From an uncultured Candidatus Saccharibacteria bacterium (GTDB lineage: Bacteria > Patescibacteriota > Minisyncoccia > Phycocordibacterales > Phycocordibacteraceae), in the NCBI GenBank assembly GCA_964446735.1, contig CAYUQB010000001.1:27892-91891 (forward strand): a stretch of DNA of 64,000 bases. Reading direction: 5' to 3'. Positions 30,262 through 40,201 of the stretch are shown here, piece after piece. Both the position numbers and the translations under genes were made by a program. Under the pieces are notes generated by a model, which saw only the letters and a list, made by a program, of their open reading frames with translations, was not told the origin of the DNA and did not search any database. Each line of letters begins with the position of its first letter. The first letter of the stretch is position 1.

Positions 30262-30462
30262 TTAGCCCGGAATCACCCCCTGAACGGTGGCGATAAACGC
30301 TCGTGTCCAATCGACGAGAATATGCCACCCGGTCTTCACCAAGTGCCACACGAAGGTGAAATTGTCTTGTCCCGTCGGAGATTCGACAATGCCTCGGATA
30401 GAGATACCGAAGAAGGACAGGGCGAGTATAAGAATGGCGAGAATGATGATGAAGCGGACCAT
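30262..30462 (-). CDS. Small membrane protein
   Basis: Hydrophobic N-terminus; TATAAT 7 nt upstream. Confidence 0.6.
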   Translation of the reverse strand: MVRFIIILAILILALSFFGISIRGIVESPTGQDNFTFVWHLVKTGWHILVDWTRAFIATVQGVIPG

Positions 30463-30477
30463 ATGAACGATTATACC

Positions 30478-31464
30478 CTAGCTCCCCACACTTGTTACGG
30501 CTGCTTCGGAGAGTGTGGGGGTGGTGAATATGAGGTGATCAGCAGTCGTAAAAAGCGTCCCCATGAGTGCAATCAGGCAGAGTGCAACTGCCACGTGACG
30601 CAGGTGTCGGCGCTTCCATTCAAGGCCAGTCTGAATTAAAAGCGCAGCGAGTATAAGGAAGCCAAATAGATAATATGAATACTGAAGTGTCGATCGCGGA
30701 GAAGCGGCAAGGGCATTCCATAGGCGCATACTGCCAGTCGGTTCTGCTACCGGGACGATGGTCGGTGCAGCCTCTTTACTAACCGTAGGTTCAGCAGGCA
30801 GCTCCTGAACCAGTACTTCTTCGGGTGCAGCCTCTTCGCTTGCACCAAGTACTGCAGGAGTTTCTACCAATGCCTGCTTTGTAGCGGGTGTTGTCGCTTT
30901 TGGCGGCGGTGCGGTCGAAGTTGTTGAGGGATTGGGAGTCCCAAACACTTGCACGACGAAGGTGGTCTTCTCACCTTTATACATACCTACGGCTGTAGCA
31001 ATCCCGACTTCCGTGAATTTACCGTTCAGAAGGTTCGCACGATGCGTTGGCGACTTCATCCATGCAGCCTCAACTGCTGCTGAGTCACTGAAGTTAACCG
31101 CCAGATTCTCCCCGGCATAGGTATAGACGTATCCACCTTGTTTGAGCCAGTACCATGGCGTCTTACCGTCCGGTGAGGTATGCGCGAAGTACCCATTCTG
31201 TGCCATGTCATTTGCTTTGGCTTGAGCAATCGCGGTGAGCTTTGGATTTACGGTCAACTTCCCCACCCCGTTACGGGTGCGATCAGTATTGGTAAGCTCG
31301 GTAAGCACCGAAGTGACCACGGCAGCTTGCTGGCCGTTTTGTATGAGTGAGGCGTCGAGGGTTGAAGCGATAAACACGAGGATGATGACCGCTCCAGCAC
31401 CAAGTGCGGCGAATTCCCCCGCGAGCAGAAGAGAATAATCCCGAGCCGTGAGCTTGCGCTTCAT
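30478..31464 (-). CDS. CAP/SCP domain membrane protein
   Basis: TN..R, A.DM....YF.H, GENLA, WM.SP.HR.N. Confidence 0.88.
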   Translation of the reverse strand: MKRKLTARDYSLLLAGEFAALGAGAVIILVFIASTLDASLIQNGQQAAVVTSVLTELTNTDRTRNGVGKLTVNPKLTAIAQAKANDMAQNGYFAHTSPDGKTPWYWLKQGGYVYTYAGENLAVNFSDSAAVEAAWMKSPTHRANLLNGKFTEVGIATAVGMYKGEKTTFVVQVFGTPNPSTTSTAPPPKATTPATKQALVETPAVLGASEEAAPEEVLVQELPAEPTVSKEAAPTIVPVAEPTGSMRLWNALAASPRSTLQYSYYLFGFLILAALLIQTGLEWKRRHLRHVAVALCLIALMGTLFTTADHLIFTTPTLSEAAVTSVGS

Positions 31465-31517
31465 TGTACCTTCATCCGTGCGGTGTCGCCACCTTCCCTT
31501 TCGGATATACTCCCAGT

Positions 31518-32165
31518 ATGCCACGACCTGAAATACATCCGGCACTTACGCACTTCAAACGCGTCGATCCCATTCTCCACGGGCATGCAAAGCGTCATGC
31601 TCCTGCCATTCTTAACGCAAAAGGCCATCGACGGGGCTATACAAAGCTCTTTGCAACGCTTGCTGGCTCCATTGTCTCCCAGCAGCTCTCCACCAAAGCT
31701 GCCGATACCATCTGGGGACGCCTCCAGAACGCGTGCGGTGGTGAGGTGACGCCAGAAGCAATCAAAAAGCTCCGCCTCCCTACCATGCGTAAAGCAGGGC
31801 TTTCGGCCGCAAAGGCAAAATCCCTCAAGGAACTTGCTAAAGCCATTGAATCCGGTTCAGTCGACTTCAAGCGTCTTGCTCGCCTCCCAGAAGAAGAAGC
31901 AATCGCTGAACTTACCCGCGTGTGGGGTATCGGTAGATGGACAGCGGAAATGTTTCTGATGTTCGCACTCAATCGCGAGGATATCTTCTCACCCGGCGAC
32001 CTTGGTCTCCTGCGTGCGATGGAAGAACTCTATGGCATTCCGAAGAATAGTGAGCGGCAGGTATATATCCAAATAGCGGAACGGTGGGCACCACATCGCA
32101 CCTTCGCGTGCCGTGTACTTTGGCGCGTCAGAGATGTACCCAGCCCTCAGGTACTTACCGACTAA
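31518..32165 (+). CDS. alkA: DNA-3-methyladenine glycosylase (AlkA family)
   Basis: IVSQQLS, GLS..K, GIGRWTAEM, DLG, W.P.R. Confidence 0.9.
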   Translation: MPRPEIHPALTHFKRVDPILHGHAKRHAPAILNAKGHRRGYTKLFATLAGSIVSQQLSTKAADTIWGRLQNACGGEVTPEAIKKLRLPTMRKAGLSAAKAKSLKELAKAIESGSVDFKRLARLPEEEAIAELTRVWGIGRWTAEMFLMFALNREDIFSPGDLGLLRAMEELYGIPKNSERQVYIQIAERWAPHRTFACRVLWRVRDVPSPQVLTD

Positions 32166-32626
32166 CTCTCCCGTCCGGACGCGATCCGCATGTATTTGTA
32201 GAGCCAATAGAAACTCACGAGATACAGCAGACTCTCAAGCCCAATATCGGCATATCCGTAGGTGTCAGGATCGAGCGCACCAACTAATGTGGCTATAAGG
32301 AATAGTACGAATCCAATAACCAATACGAGAATCGCAATCGGAGTGTTGAGTGAAATAAAGCGATACCAGTATCGTTTTCCGTCCCCTTGCCGGTTCGCAT
32401 AATAGGCGATCACAAATGATGCGATCGTCGTTAGTGCGATCAGAGTCTTGTCCACAATTTCAACTGTTGAATCAGCGTATGTGTACGCATCCCAAAACCC
32501 AGTCAAGAGAGCAACGGCGGAACCGAGACCAAGCAAGAATAGAGCAATATACGCAATGAATTCTGCTTTTCCGATCTTGTCTGCCCGTAGATCCCGAGCC
32601 ATTCTCCCTGGATGAAGTAAGCGCAT
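32162..32626 (-). CDS. 4-TM membrane protein
   Basis: Hydrophobic segments; convergent with alkA. Confidence 0.6.
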   Translation of the reverse strand: MRLLHPGRMARDLRADKIGKAEFIAYIALFLLGLGSAVALLTGFWDAYTYADSTVEIVDKTLIALTTIASFVIAYYANRQGDGKRYWYRFISLNTPIAILVLVIGFVLFLIATLVGALDPDTYGYADIGLESLLYLVSFYWLYKYMRIASGRES

Positions 32627-32719
32627 GATAGCGGTCGGTTATGAATACTTCTATACTACAACGTATAAAAAGACTCGCCCCGGGACACAGGGCGAGCAAG
32701 GGGAAAGTCGGTTCTCATC

Positions 32720-33403
32720 TTATAGCTCGATACCGACGAGCGCGGCCAGGCTTTTCGCCCGTACCGCAAGCGGGACTTCGGGAACCACACAGGCGCGGAT
32801 GCCCCAGCGGTAGCCGGTAAGCCAGGCGTCGATCTTGCGGTAGCCCATGCCGAGGCTCCGATACACGCGGGCCCGGTGCCTCGGGTCTGCGACCTGGTGG
32901 GCCTTGTGGGAGCACCGCCGCAGGATGTCGAGAGCGCCCAATCGGTTCCCGTCCTCCAGATAGAACGATGCCGACGTGAGGGCGAGCAGGTATGGCGTGT
33001 GGTGCGTCTCGTCCTGCACCAGTCCCGTTCCCGCTTTGATGAGCTCCTGTGCGAGCGTTCGGGCTTCTAGCCGTGCCGTCTGCCACAGTGTGCGCCGTCT
33101 GCTGAGCCAGGCGAGATGGGATGCGAGTGTCTCAGCCCGATTGGCGATTTCAAGCGAGGACTGCACCTCAGGGTCTCCTCCGGGCACGAGGAACTTCTTC
33201 GCATAGCCCACCAGTTCAGGCCGCAGGTCGTCCAGCTCCCGCGCGAACTTCTTGATGTAGCGGAAGCTATAGAGAGCGACCGCAAGCGTGATCAAGTTCT
33301 CGGTGCTCGGCTGAAGCTGGTACGCGCTACGCGCTGTGGCGACCGCGTGTGGGTCTCCTCCCCAGGTACGCTCACTATCAGTTGGAACCTGTCTCCATTT
33401 CAC
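32720..33403 (-). CDS. Orphan helical-repeat (TPR-like) protein
   Basis: All-helical pattern, ARVYRSLG..Y; GGAG SD. Confidence 0.5.
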   Translation of the reverse strand: MKWRQVPTDSERTWGGDPHAVATARSAYQLQPSTENLITLAVALYSFRYIKKFARELDDLRPELVGYAKKFLVPGGDPEVQSSLEIANRAETLASHLAWLSRRRTLWQTARLEARTLAQELIKAGTGLVQDETHHTPYLLALTSASFYLEDGNRLGALDILRRCSHKAHQVADPRHRARVYRSLGMGYRKIDAWLTGYRWGIRACVVPEVPLAVRAKSLAALVGIEL

Positions 33404-33509
33404 GGCTCAATCTCCATCGGTTGATCCGATCCGAAGGCACAATGCCACAAATTGTTAGGAGTGTACATGATTGCAAGATCTTCATTATTTCAAGCGCTAT
33501 ACTTTTTGC

Positions 33510-34040
33510 ATGCAATCAAAACTTCTCATTGGCGTGCTGGGTATCGCTGTACTAGGAATGTTGGCGTTCATTGTATGGAAGCTCCCGGGGTACCTTCAAG
33601 AAAATGCAGAGATGGTAACTCCGGGAATCACTAATACGAATACGCCAGCGGCAGTATCCGGTAAAACATATACGGATCCGCTGAGCCGTATGCGATTCAC
33701 GTATCCAGAAGGCTCTACCGTTACGCACGAAGCTGGATGGCGGGATGAATACTTTGATCTTGTGATCGCTGGACCGGGGACGCGCGCCGAGATTCATGCA
33801 GAGCATACTGGTGGATCACTCCCGCAGTGTTTCCTCGGGCTTTGTGATGCAAACGGAACAAGAGAGAAATATGGGAGCAACGAATGGGTACACCTTGGAA
33901 AGCCATTGGTGTGTGCTGCCGATCGCTGCCCGCAAAACCAGGAAGTGTACCGAGCTTCGGTGCTCAGTTGGACGTACTACGCCATTTTCCCAACCGAGCA
34001 AGAAGCTCGAACTATTCTTTCTACCCTCCAGTTCCTCTAG
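33510..34040 (+). CDS. Membrane-anchored hypothetical protein (PsbP-like start)
   Basis: TM, then Y.D....F.YP; TATACT 6 nt before ATG. Confidence 0.55.
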   Translation: MQSKLLIGVLGIAVLGMLAFIVWKLPGYLQENAEMVTPGITNTNTPAAVSGKTYTDPLSRMRFTYPEGSTVTHEAGWRDEYFDLVIAGPGTRAEIHAEHTGGSLPQCFLGLCDANGTREKYGSNEWVHLGKPLVCAADRCPQNQEVYRASVLSWTYYAIFPTEQEARTILSTLQFL

Positions 34041-35305
34041 AGGTAAATAAGGGGGTTGAGGTACGCCTGCGGTGGTGCAATCGGAATGGTCACCGTGTAC
34101 CCGCTCTTACACGTGTATTGCTTGAACGTCACATTCTGTGAGCTGTATACCGTAAAGTGGAGGTGCGGCCCCGTTGCATACCCGGTCATACCTGCGTACC
34201 CAATGACCTGACCGGTGGCAACCGATGAACCCTTCGATACACTGATCTGCGAGAGGTGCGCATACAGCGTGGTGAGCCCATTGGCATGCTTGATGAGCAC
34301 CCATTTTCCATACTGACAGTTCTGCACCGCTCCCTGGTTCACTTCTATGACGGTACCAGAGAGCGCTGCCTTTATGGGAGTACCTACCGATGCACCAAAG
34401 TCCACACCATCGTGCGTTCCTGAAGCATACAAACGACCGGAATCAGAGGTGCGCCCGAACTGTTGGGTGATGCGCACGGAATCGAGCGGCCAGCGAAGGA
34501 TGCCCTTCCCTGCTGGAGGAACACTCTTGGGATCACCGATGTACTTCAACTTTGAAGAAAGATCGAAGAGTGCCGCCTCAAACGAAGCCTGCTCCGCTCG
34601 CTTCTGATTGATGAGCTTTTGATATTCGCTCTCCTGGTTCTTGGTTTGGGTGAGGAGTCGATTCTTTTCTGCAACGGTCACGTCAACCGCTTTCTTCTGG
34701 GTTCCTAAATCAGTTGTTACCGATACCAACTTCTGCTGAGTCTGAGTAACGGCGTGCTGCTGAGCTGAGAGTTGTTGTTTAACACTTGCGAGTTCTTGAG
34801 TATGATCGCGCAGTGCCTCGTTCAGTGACATGGATGCATCGATGGCACGCCACAATTCACCAACATCCTGCGTTGAGAAGAACTGCTCAACTAGTGTTGC
34901 TTCGTCGGTTGCGGCAAGATCACGAAGCGACTTGGCAATCGTCCGTTTGTTAAGATTGATGGACTGTTCTTTATCAGCGATCTGATACCCCAGCTGCTTC
35001 AGTTCCAATGTGAGTGCTGAAATCTGTCGTTGCAGTGACTGAATCTTCGCCGTGAGTGCCTTGCGCTGTGTGTCGAGCGACTTAATGGAGGTCGTGAGTG
35101 ATGCCTTTTGGGTACCCAGTGCATCAAGCTGTTTCTGATACAGCGCAATCTCCTTCTCCAGATCCGAAATCTTCTTATTATGCTCACTGATCTGCTGTTG
35201 AATCTCACTTGCCGTCTGCGCGCCAGCACGCTCGGCAAACGGAATGGCGACAATCAGCGCGCACGCGAGCAGGAGAACGGGGAGGGCAAATGAACGCGCC
35301 TGCAT
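34037..35305 (-). CDS. M23 peptidase with long coiled coil (EnvC/murein hydrolase-like)
   Basis: Signal peptide, coiled coil, HDGVD, YAHL, TGPHLHF. Confidence 0.9.
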   Translation of the reverse strand: MQARSFALPVLLLACALIVAIPFAERAGAQTASEIQQQISEHNKKISDLEKEIALYQKQLDALGTQKASLTTSIKSLDTQRKALTAKIQSLQRQISALTLELKQLGYQIADKEQSINLNKRTIAKSLRDLAATDEATLVEQFFSTQDVGELWRAIDASMSLNEALRDHTQELASVKQQLSAQQHAVTQTQQKLVSVTTDLGTQKKAVDVTVAEKNRLLTQTKNQESEYQKLINQKRAEQASFEAALFDLSSKLKYIGDPKSVPPAGKGILRWPLDSVRITQQFGRTSDSGRLYASGTHDGVDFGASVGTPIKAALSGTVIEVNQGAVQNCQYGKWVLIKHANGLTTLYAHLSQISVSKGSSVATGQVIGYAGMTGYATGPHLHFTVYSSQNVTFKQYTCKSGYTVTIPIAPPQAYLNPLIYL

Positions 35306-35346
35306 AGAGCAATTATAGGACAGCAGACGGTTCCCGTGAACCGTAC

Positions 35347-36771
35347 TTACGCAATCAGTTCTAGAGCAATTCGAATGCGAGAAACTGATTCCTCGGTACC
35401 GAGTATATGAATGAGCGTAAAGGGATCCGGGGATCGCTCCTGACCGGAGAGGGCGTAGCGCAACGGCCAGAGCGCTGCTCCCCTCCCCCCCTCATCCTTC
35501 GGGATGGTATCTGCGTACGGCATAAGTGTTTCCTTGATTCCTTCAACGTCTAGACCTGCTGGTAGGCCCTCTACAAGCCTCACAAAGGCCTCCAAATGAG
35601 CCTTGGTGGCTTCTGGCGTACCCTTTTCACTCAGTACCTGCTCGCGAAGCGTTGGCCGCGCAAAAAGACAGGCAAGCTCTCCTTGGAGCATGTCCCTCGC
35701 CTCCTTGAATGTTGCTGCGCGTTCCTTAAGAAGCGGCACGGCAGCCATAAGTCGAGCCATATCCGGAGCCACGAGCCCGCCTGCTTCAATGAACGCTTCA
35801 TCAGAGAGCCGGCGCATCCATTCACGATTGATGTGGAGCAGTTTGCGTTCATCGAACGCTCCCCCACCCTTCTGCACCCGAGACAAATCGAATGAAGAAA
35901 TGAGCTCTTCATCTGAAAGTAGTTCTTGATCGGTTCCCGGATTCCATCCAATGAGTGCAAGGAAGTTGCGTAGTGCTTGTGGGAGATATCCTTCGTCACG
36001 ATATTCGAGTATGTCTTTTGCTCCGTCACGCTTCGATAGTTTCTTGGTGCCATCTGGCCCAAGAATGACTGGCATCGTTGCAAACACGGGGGGAGCGGTA
36101 TCGAGTGCTTCGTAGAGAGAAAGGAACTTGGGGGTTGATGCAATAAACTCCTCTCCACGCATTACGTGGGTGATTCCCATTTCAATATCATCGATGACAT
36201 GCGCAAAGTTGTATGTTGGGAAACCATCGGACTTGATGAGAATGAAGTCATCGAGTGCTTCCTCTCCTGCCGAAAGCTCGCCACGCACCGCATCCGTCCA
36301 GGTGTACCGTTTTATGTCCGGAACTCTGAATCGAAGTGGCTTGGTGCCGTCCCATTCCTCAAGCTGCTCTGGCCTATGCTCTCGATATAGAAACGGACGC
36401 TTCTCAGCTTCTGCGGTGGCTCTGAGTGTCTCTACTTCTTCCTCTGTATAGGGATCAGGATACGCGAGTCCGGCGGCAATCAATTGATCCGCGTATCGTT
36501 TGTAGAGTTCTAGTCTTCCCGACTGGAAATACGGATCATGAGGGCCGCTGATATCTGGACCTTCGTCATATTCGATGCCGAGCCAACGAAGTGACTCAAT
36601 AATGTGTCCCACTGAACCTTCCACCTCGCGCTCCTGATCAGTGTCCTCAATGCGTAGGATGAACTGGCCACCATGCTTTCGCGCAAACAGCCAGGCAAAG
36701 AGCGCGGTGCGTACGCTCCCTACATGCATGAAGCCGGTAGGACTCGGGGCGAAGCGGGTTCTCACAGTCAT
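35347..36771 (-). CDS. gltX: Glutamyl-tRNA synthetase
   Basis: RFAPSPTG.MHVGS, LRIEDTD, PTYNFA, KLSKR. Confidence 0.96.
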   Translation of the reverse strand: MTVRTRFAPSPTGFMHVGSVRTALFAWLFARKHGGQFILRIEDTDQEREVEGSVGHIIESLRWLGIEYDEGPDISGPHDPYFQSGRLELYKRYADQLIAAGLAYPDPYTEEEVETLRATAEAEKRPFLYREHRPEQLEEWDGTKPLRFRVPDIKRYTWTDAVRGELSAGEEALDDFILIKSDGFPTYNFAHVIDDIEMGITHVMRGEEFIASTPKFLSLYEALDTAPPVFATMPVILGPDGTKKLSKRDGAKDILEYRDEGYLPQALRNFLALIGWNPGTDQELLSDEELISSFDLSRVQKGGGAFDERKLLHINREWMRRLSDEAFIEAGGLVAPDMARLMAAVPLLKERAATFKEARDMLQGELACLFARPTLREQVLSEKGTPEATKAHLEAFVRLVEGLPAGLDVEGIKETLMPYADTIPKDEGGRGAALWPLRYALSGQERSPDPFTLIHILGTEESVSRIRIALELIA

Positions 36772-36773
36772 AG

Positions 36774-37934
36774 TTAGGACGTCATCGTAGCCGCATCTGG
36801 TTCATGAGACAAGGCAATCGAAAGTACCTCCTCGGCAATCATTCGGGCAGCCTCAGGGTTGGCAAAATCCGCCCCTTTTGCGCTCATACTGGCGATGAGC
36901 GCAGGATCGGTCGCAATGCGCCTGGCTTCGCTCGCAAAGACGTGCGGGGTCATGTTCGCCTCTTCTAGCACCACCGCGGCTCCGGTACGGGCATAGGCAT
37001 AGGCGTTGGTGCGTTGGTCGTGGCTGATTTCCTCAGGGATCGGGATAAGGATAGCTGGTCGCTTCCACAGAGAAATTTCAGAGATGGCAGTGGAGCCTGC
37101 ACGTGAAATGACCAGCGTTGCGGCACCGGCCGCCCGTCGCAGTGACAGCGCATTGAGGTATGGAAAGACGTGATAGCGACTCTTGTGCTCCGCTCCCTCA
37201 AGTACTACCGAACTGGTGTTTTCAACGCTCACGAAGTTATCCTTTCCGGTCTGATGAATGATATTGGCAAAACTAACGAGCTCTGGAAGTGCTGACAGCA
37301 CGGTCTCATTGATACGTTGTGACCCCGATGAGCCACCGAGAATAAGAATGGTGGGAACAGCGCGATCAAGTCCCAACTCCTGAAATGCTCCTTCGGGGTC
37401 GGTATATGCCACTTCGCGTCTGATAGGAATGCCGATGCGTGCAATACGGTCTTGGACTCGTGCTGGGAAAAAGCTGCGTGCCGACTCAAATGCAAGTGCA
37501 ATGCGTGCAGCATGCTTCCCTGCAAGAAGATTGGCACGTCCTGGCTTGGCATCAGACTCATGAATGACAACCGGAATCCGGAGTATGTCCGCCGCAATCG
37601 TCACGGGTACGCTTGTGTAGCCGCCCTTCGATACCACAACGTCTGGATAGATGCGGAACAGTGTTATGAGCGCTGAAAGTACACCCCAGGCAGTAACAAA
37701 CACATCAGTTACATTCTTAACACTGGCATACCGGCGCATTTTCCCTGCAGGGCAATATAGGTACTGAAGTTGGTTCTCAAAAAGCGCCTCGGGATCAAAT
37801 GGCTTTGGTGCCATGAAGTACATACGAGGCGCAACAAGGTGTCGCTCGTTAACGATTTGGGTCACCGCTTCTGCGATGGCGATGATGGGATAGAAATGGC
37901 CGCCCGTGCCGCCTCCGGTGAAGACGATTTTCAT
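36774..37934 (-). CDS. murG: MurG glycosyltransferase
   Basis: GGGTGGH, GGY, HESD..PG.AN, GGSSG, SRAG, Q..NA. Confidence 0.94.
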   Translation of the reverse strand: MKIVFTGGGTGGHFYPIIAIAEAVTQIVNERHLVAPRMYFMAPKPFDPEALFENQLQYLYCPAGKMRRYASVKNVTDVFVTAWGVLSALITLFRIYPDVVVSKGGYTSVPVTIAADILRIPVVIHESDAKPGRANLLAGKHAARIALAFESARSFFPARVQDRIARIGIPIRREVAYTDPEGAFQELGLDRAVPTILILGGSSGSQRINETVLSALPELVSFANIIHQTGKDNFVSVENTSSVVLEGAEHKSRYHVFPYLNALSLRRAAGAATLVISRAGSTAISEISLWKRPAILIPIPEEISHDQRTNAYAYARTGAAVVLEEANMTPHVFASEARRIATDPALIASMSAKGADFANPEAARMIAEEVLSIALSHEPDAATMTS

Positions 37935-37958
37935 ACTGCGATGCTCGGATTGTAGCAT

Positions 37959-39065
37959 CTAATGACTACGTCGTTTCGTGCGATGTGCGGCGATGTTGAG
38001 GATGATGCCAACCGCTGCGAGAGTAGCAAGGAGCGCAGTACCACCGTGCGATATAAACGGGAGCGGCAAGCCGGTGAGCGGAAAGATGGAGAGCATCGCT
38101 CCAATGTTTAGAAATGCGGAAATAGAGATAATGAGCGTAAGGCCAGCTGCGGCAAATGTTCCAAACGCACTTCCTGCTTCCGCTGCAATCATAAATCCAC
38201 GCGCTGCAAACGCAGTGAACAGCAACACCAAGAAGACAGCACCAAGAAACCCAAACTCTTCGCTGTATACTGCAAATATTGAATCCCCCACTGGTTCTGG
38301 GAGGTAATTAAATTTCTGTACACTTTGGCCGAATCCGCGTCCCAAGAGCCCACCCGACCCAATGGCAATCAAAGACTGCTGAATCTGATACCCGCTTGCA
38401 AGTGAGTCATGTGCGGGATTAAAGAAGGTCTGGATACGTGCCAGGAGATAGGGACGCGCCATCACGAGTACCGTGAGTCCCATGAGTGCGACCACACCAA
38501 TGATGGCGAAGTCGCGCAGTGGTGCACCGGCAATGAAATACATCGCGGCAGCGGTTGCACCGATAACCAGCACGGTTGAGGTATTCGGCTGCATGATAAG
38601 CAGGATGGCTGGAATACCGATAATTACGCCAAATCCAAGGAGACCGTAGCGAAATTCCGAGAGTTTTGACTTTACCTTCGCGAGATAGCCGGCGAACATA
38701 AGTACCACAGCAATTTTCAGAAACTCCGCCGGCTGCACCGTCACGGGTCCCAAATCAATCCAGCGGGTCGCTCCGTTCGCGTGGTGGCCGATACCAGGAA
38801 TGAATACGGCGGCAGTTAGGAGAAGAGCGAAGATATAGAACGGTAAAACGCCTCGCAAGAGAATGGCGGGAGGCATAAAGCGTAGTGCGACAAGTGCGAT
38901 CACGCCAGGGATAAGGCCAAGCACCAGCTGGGTGAGCGCCAAATGACCCACATTCGAATCTTGGCGGGCGAGAAGGCCCAGTGCTGCTGAAAGAAAGATT
39001 GCTGCTCCACCAATAACGAGGATTACGACAATGAGCACAAATGTCCTGTCCCCGAGGAGCTTCAT
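37959..39065 (-). CDS. ftsW: SEDS protein FtsW/RodA
   Basis: GATRW, QPAEF.K, YQ..QS..A.GSGG, LPEP..D, LP.IS.GG; upstream of murG. Confidence 0.9.
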   Translation of the reverse strand: MKLLGDRTFVLIVVILVIGGAAIFLSAALGLLARQDSNVGHLALTQLVLGLIPGVIALVALRFMPPAILLRGVLPFYIFALLLTAAVFIPGIGHHANGATRWIDLGPVTVQPAEFLKIAVVLMFAGYLAKVKSKLSEFRYGLLGFGVIIGIPAILLIMQPNTSTVLVIGATAAAMYFIAGAPLRDFAIIGVVALMGLTVLVMARPYLLARIQTFFNPAHDSLASGYQIQQSLIAIGSGGLLGRGFGQSVQKFNYLPEPVGDSIFAVYSEEFGFLGAVFLVLLFTAFAARGFMIAAEAGSAFGTFAAAGLTLIISISAFLNIGAMLSIFPLTGLPLPFISHGGTALLATLAAVGIILNIAAHRTKRRSH

Positions 39066-39170
39066 GGACCAATTCTAACTCACGAAAACAGAACGGGTGG
39101 CTCACGTGTTCAGAATGTAAATGAGAAAAGCCTACGCCCGGTCGGGTTTCGGCTTCTTTCTCGCACTGCA

Positions 39171-39527
39171 TCAGTGGATCTTTCGCTCACGGATGAGCTC
39201 GACGAGCGCTCGGTAGAACGCTGGCCTCTCGTTCCATTGGAGCTCGGTTCCTTCGAACAGGAGGTTGCGCAGTTCATCGTCGCTGAGCGCGGCGAGTCCG
39301 CTCTTTCGTTGTGCGATGTTCGCCGGCGAGACGTACCCCTGAAGGGAGTCGAGATGCGTTTGCAGGTGCATGAGGTAGATGGTCACATTGCGCTCGCCCT
39401 TCTCGATCAGGTTTTTCGAGATCTTGCTGATCAGGCTGCGAATCGCAGGATCACCCATAGAACGTACTGGGATGGAGTCCTGCGCTTTGTCTGCTGCTGC
39501 AGGACGCTTGAAAGGTACTACGGCCAT
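39171..39527 (-). CDS. Orphan helical protein
   Basis: GGGGAG SD before MAVVPFKR; TTGACG promoter near 39594. Confidence 0.55.
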   Translation of the reverse strand: MAVVPFKRPAAADKAQDSIPVRSMGDPAIRSLISKISKNLIEKGERNVTIYLMHLQTHLDSLQGYVSPANIAQRKSGLAALSDDELRNLLFEGTELQWNERPAFYRALVELIRERKIH

Positions 39528-39608
39528 ATTGTTCTCCCCATGACCCGACGCCTCCATTGGACGCGTCATTAAAATGCCGCACTTTCGGAGAAACGTCAAG
39601 CTACCCGT

Positions 39609-40196
39609 CTACAACGCTTCGAATAGTTCTTTTACGCGATTGAAGTCATCCTTGATCTCCTCACGTACATCGTCAAAGAAGAGCTTTCGATAATAATCCC
39701 GATCGATCTTTTCAACTCCCCAGCGTTTGATATCCTCGCGCGACTCGCCTCTTTGAAGCATGGTAGCGATACCAAAGTCATAGAACCCTGTACAAAGATG
39801 TGCGAGCGCGTCTGCTGACGCCATCACCTTCCCCACTTCGGTTTTGGGGAGTCTGCCAGCCTTACAGCTATGAAATCTGATGGCATCATCAACAATGACC
39901 GCTTTTTCCTCCTCGCTAAATCCTGATTCATCCAGTAGCGTGCGTGCTATTTCAAAGCTTTTCTCCTCGTGTTGAGGATTCTCTCGTTCCATGACCGCAT
40001 CAGCTATGTCGTGCAGCATAGCTGCGGCAGGAGCGAGTTCCGGTTGTACGCCAAAGCGTTCGGTAAGCTGCTCGGCATAGGTCGCCGCCACAAAGACGTG
40101 ATGCTCCGCGAGCCAGTCAGCCCACGCCGCTCGATTCGGATCCTTCTGATCGTACAGTTCTTTAATTTTACTTCGCAACACCGACAATCGGTCCAT
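39609..40196 (-). CDS. HD-domain phosphohydrolase
   Basis: H...V, LHDI, H...S, H, ADA..H; start MDRL. Confidence 0.8.
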   Translation of the reverse strand: MDRLSVLRSKIKELYDQKDPNRAAWADWLAEHHVFVAATYAEQLTERFGVQPELAPAAAMLHDIADAVMERENPQHEEKSFEIARTLLDESGFSEEEKAVIVDDAIRFHSCKAGRLPKTEVGKVMASADALAHLCTGFYDFGIATMLQRGESREDIKRWGVEKIDRDYYRKLFFDDVREEIKDDFNRVKELFEAL

Positions 40197-40201
40197 ATCA
40201 G

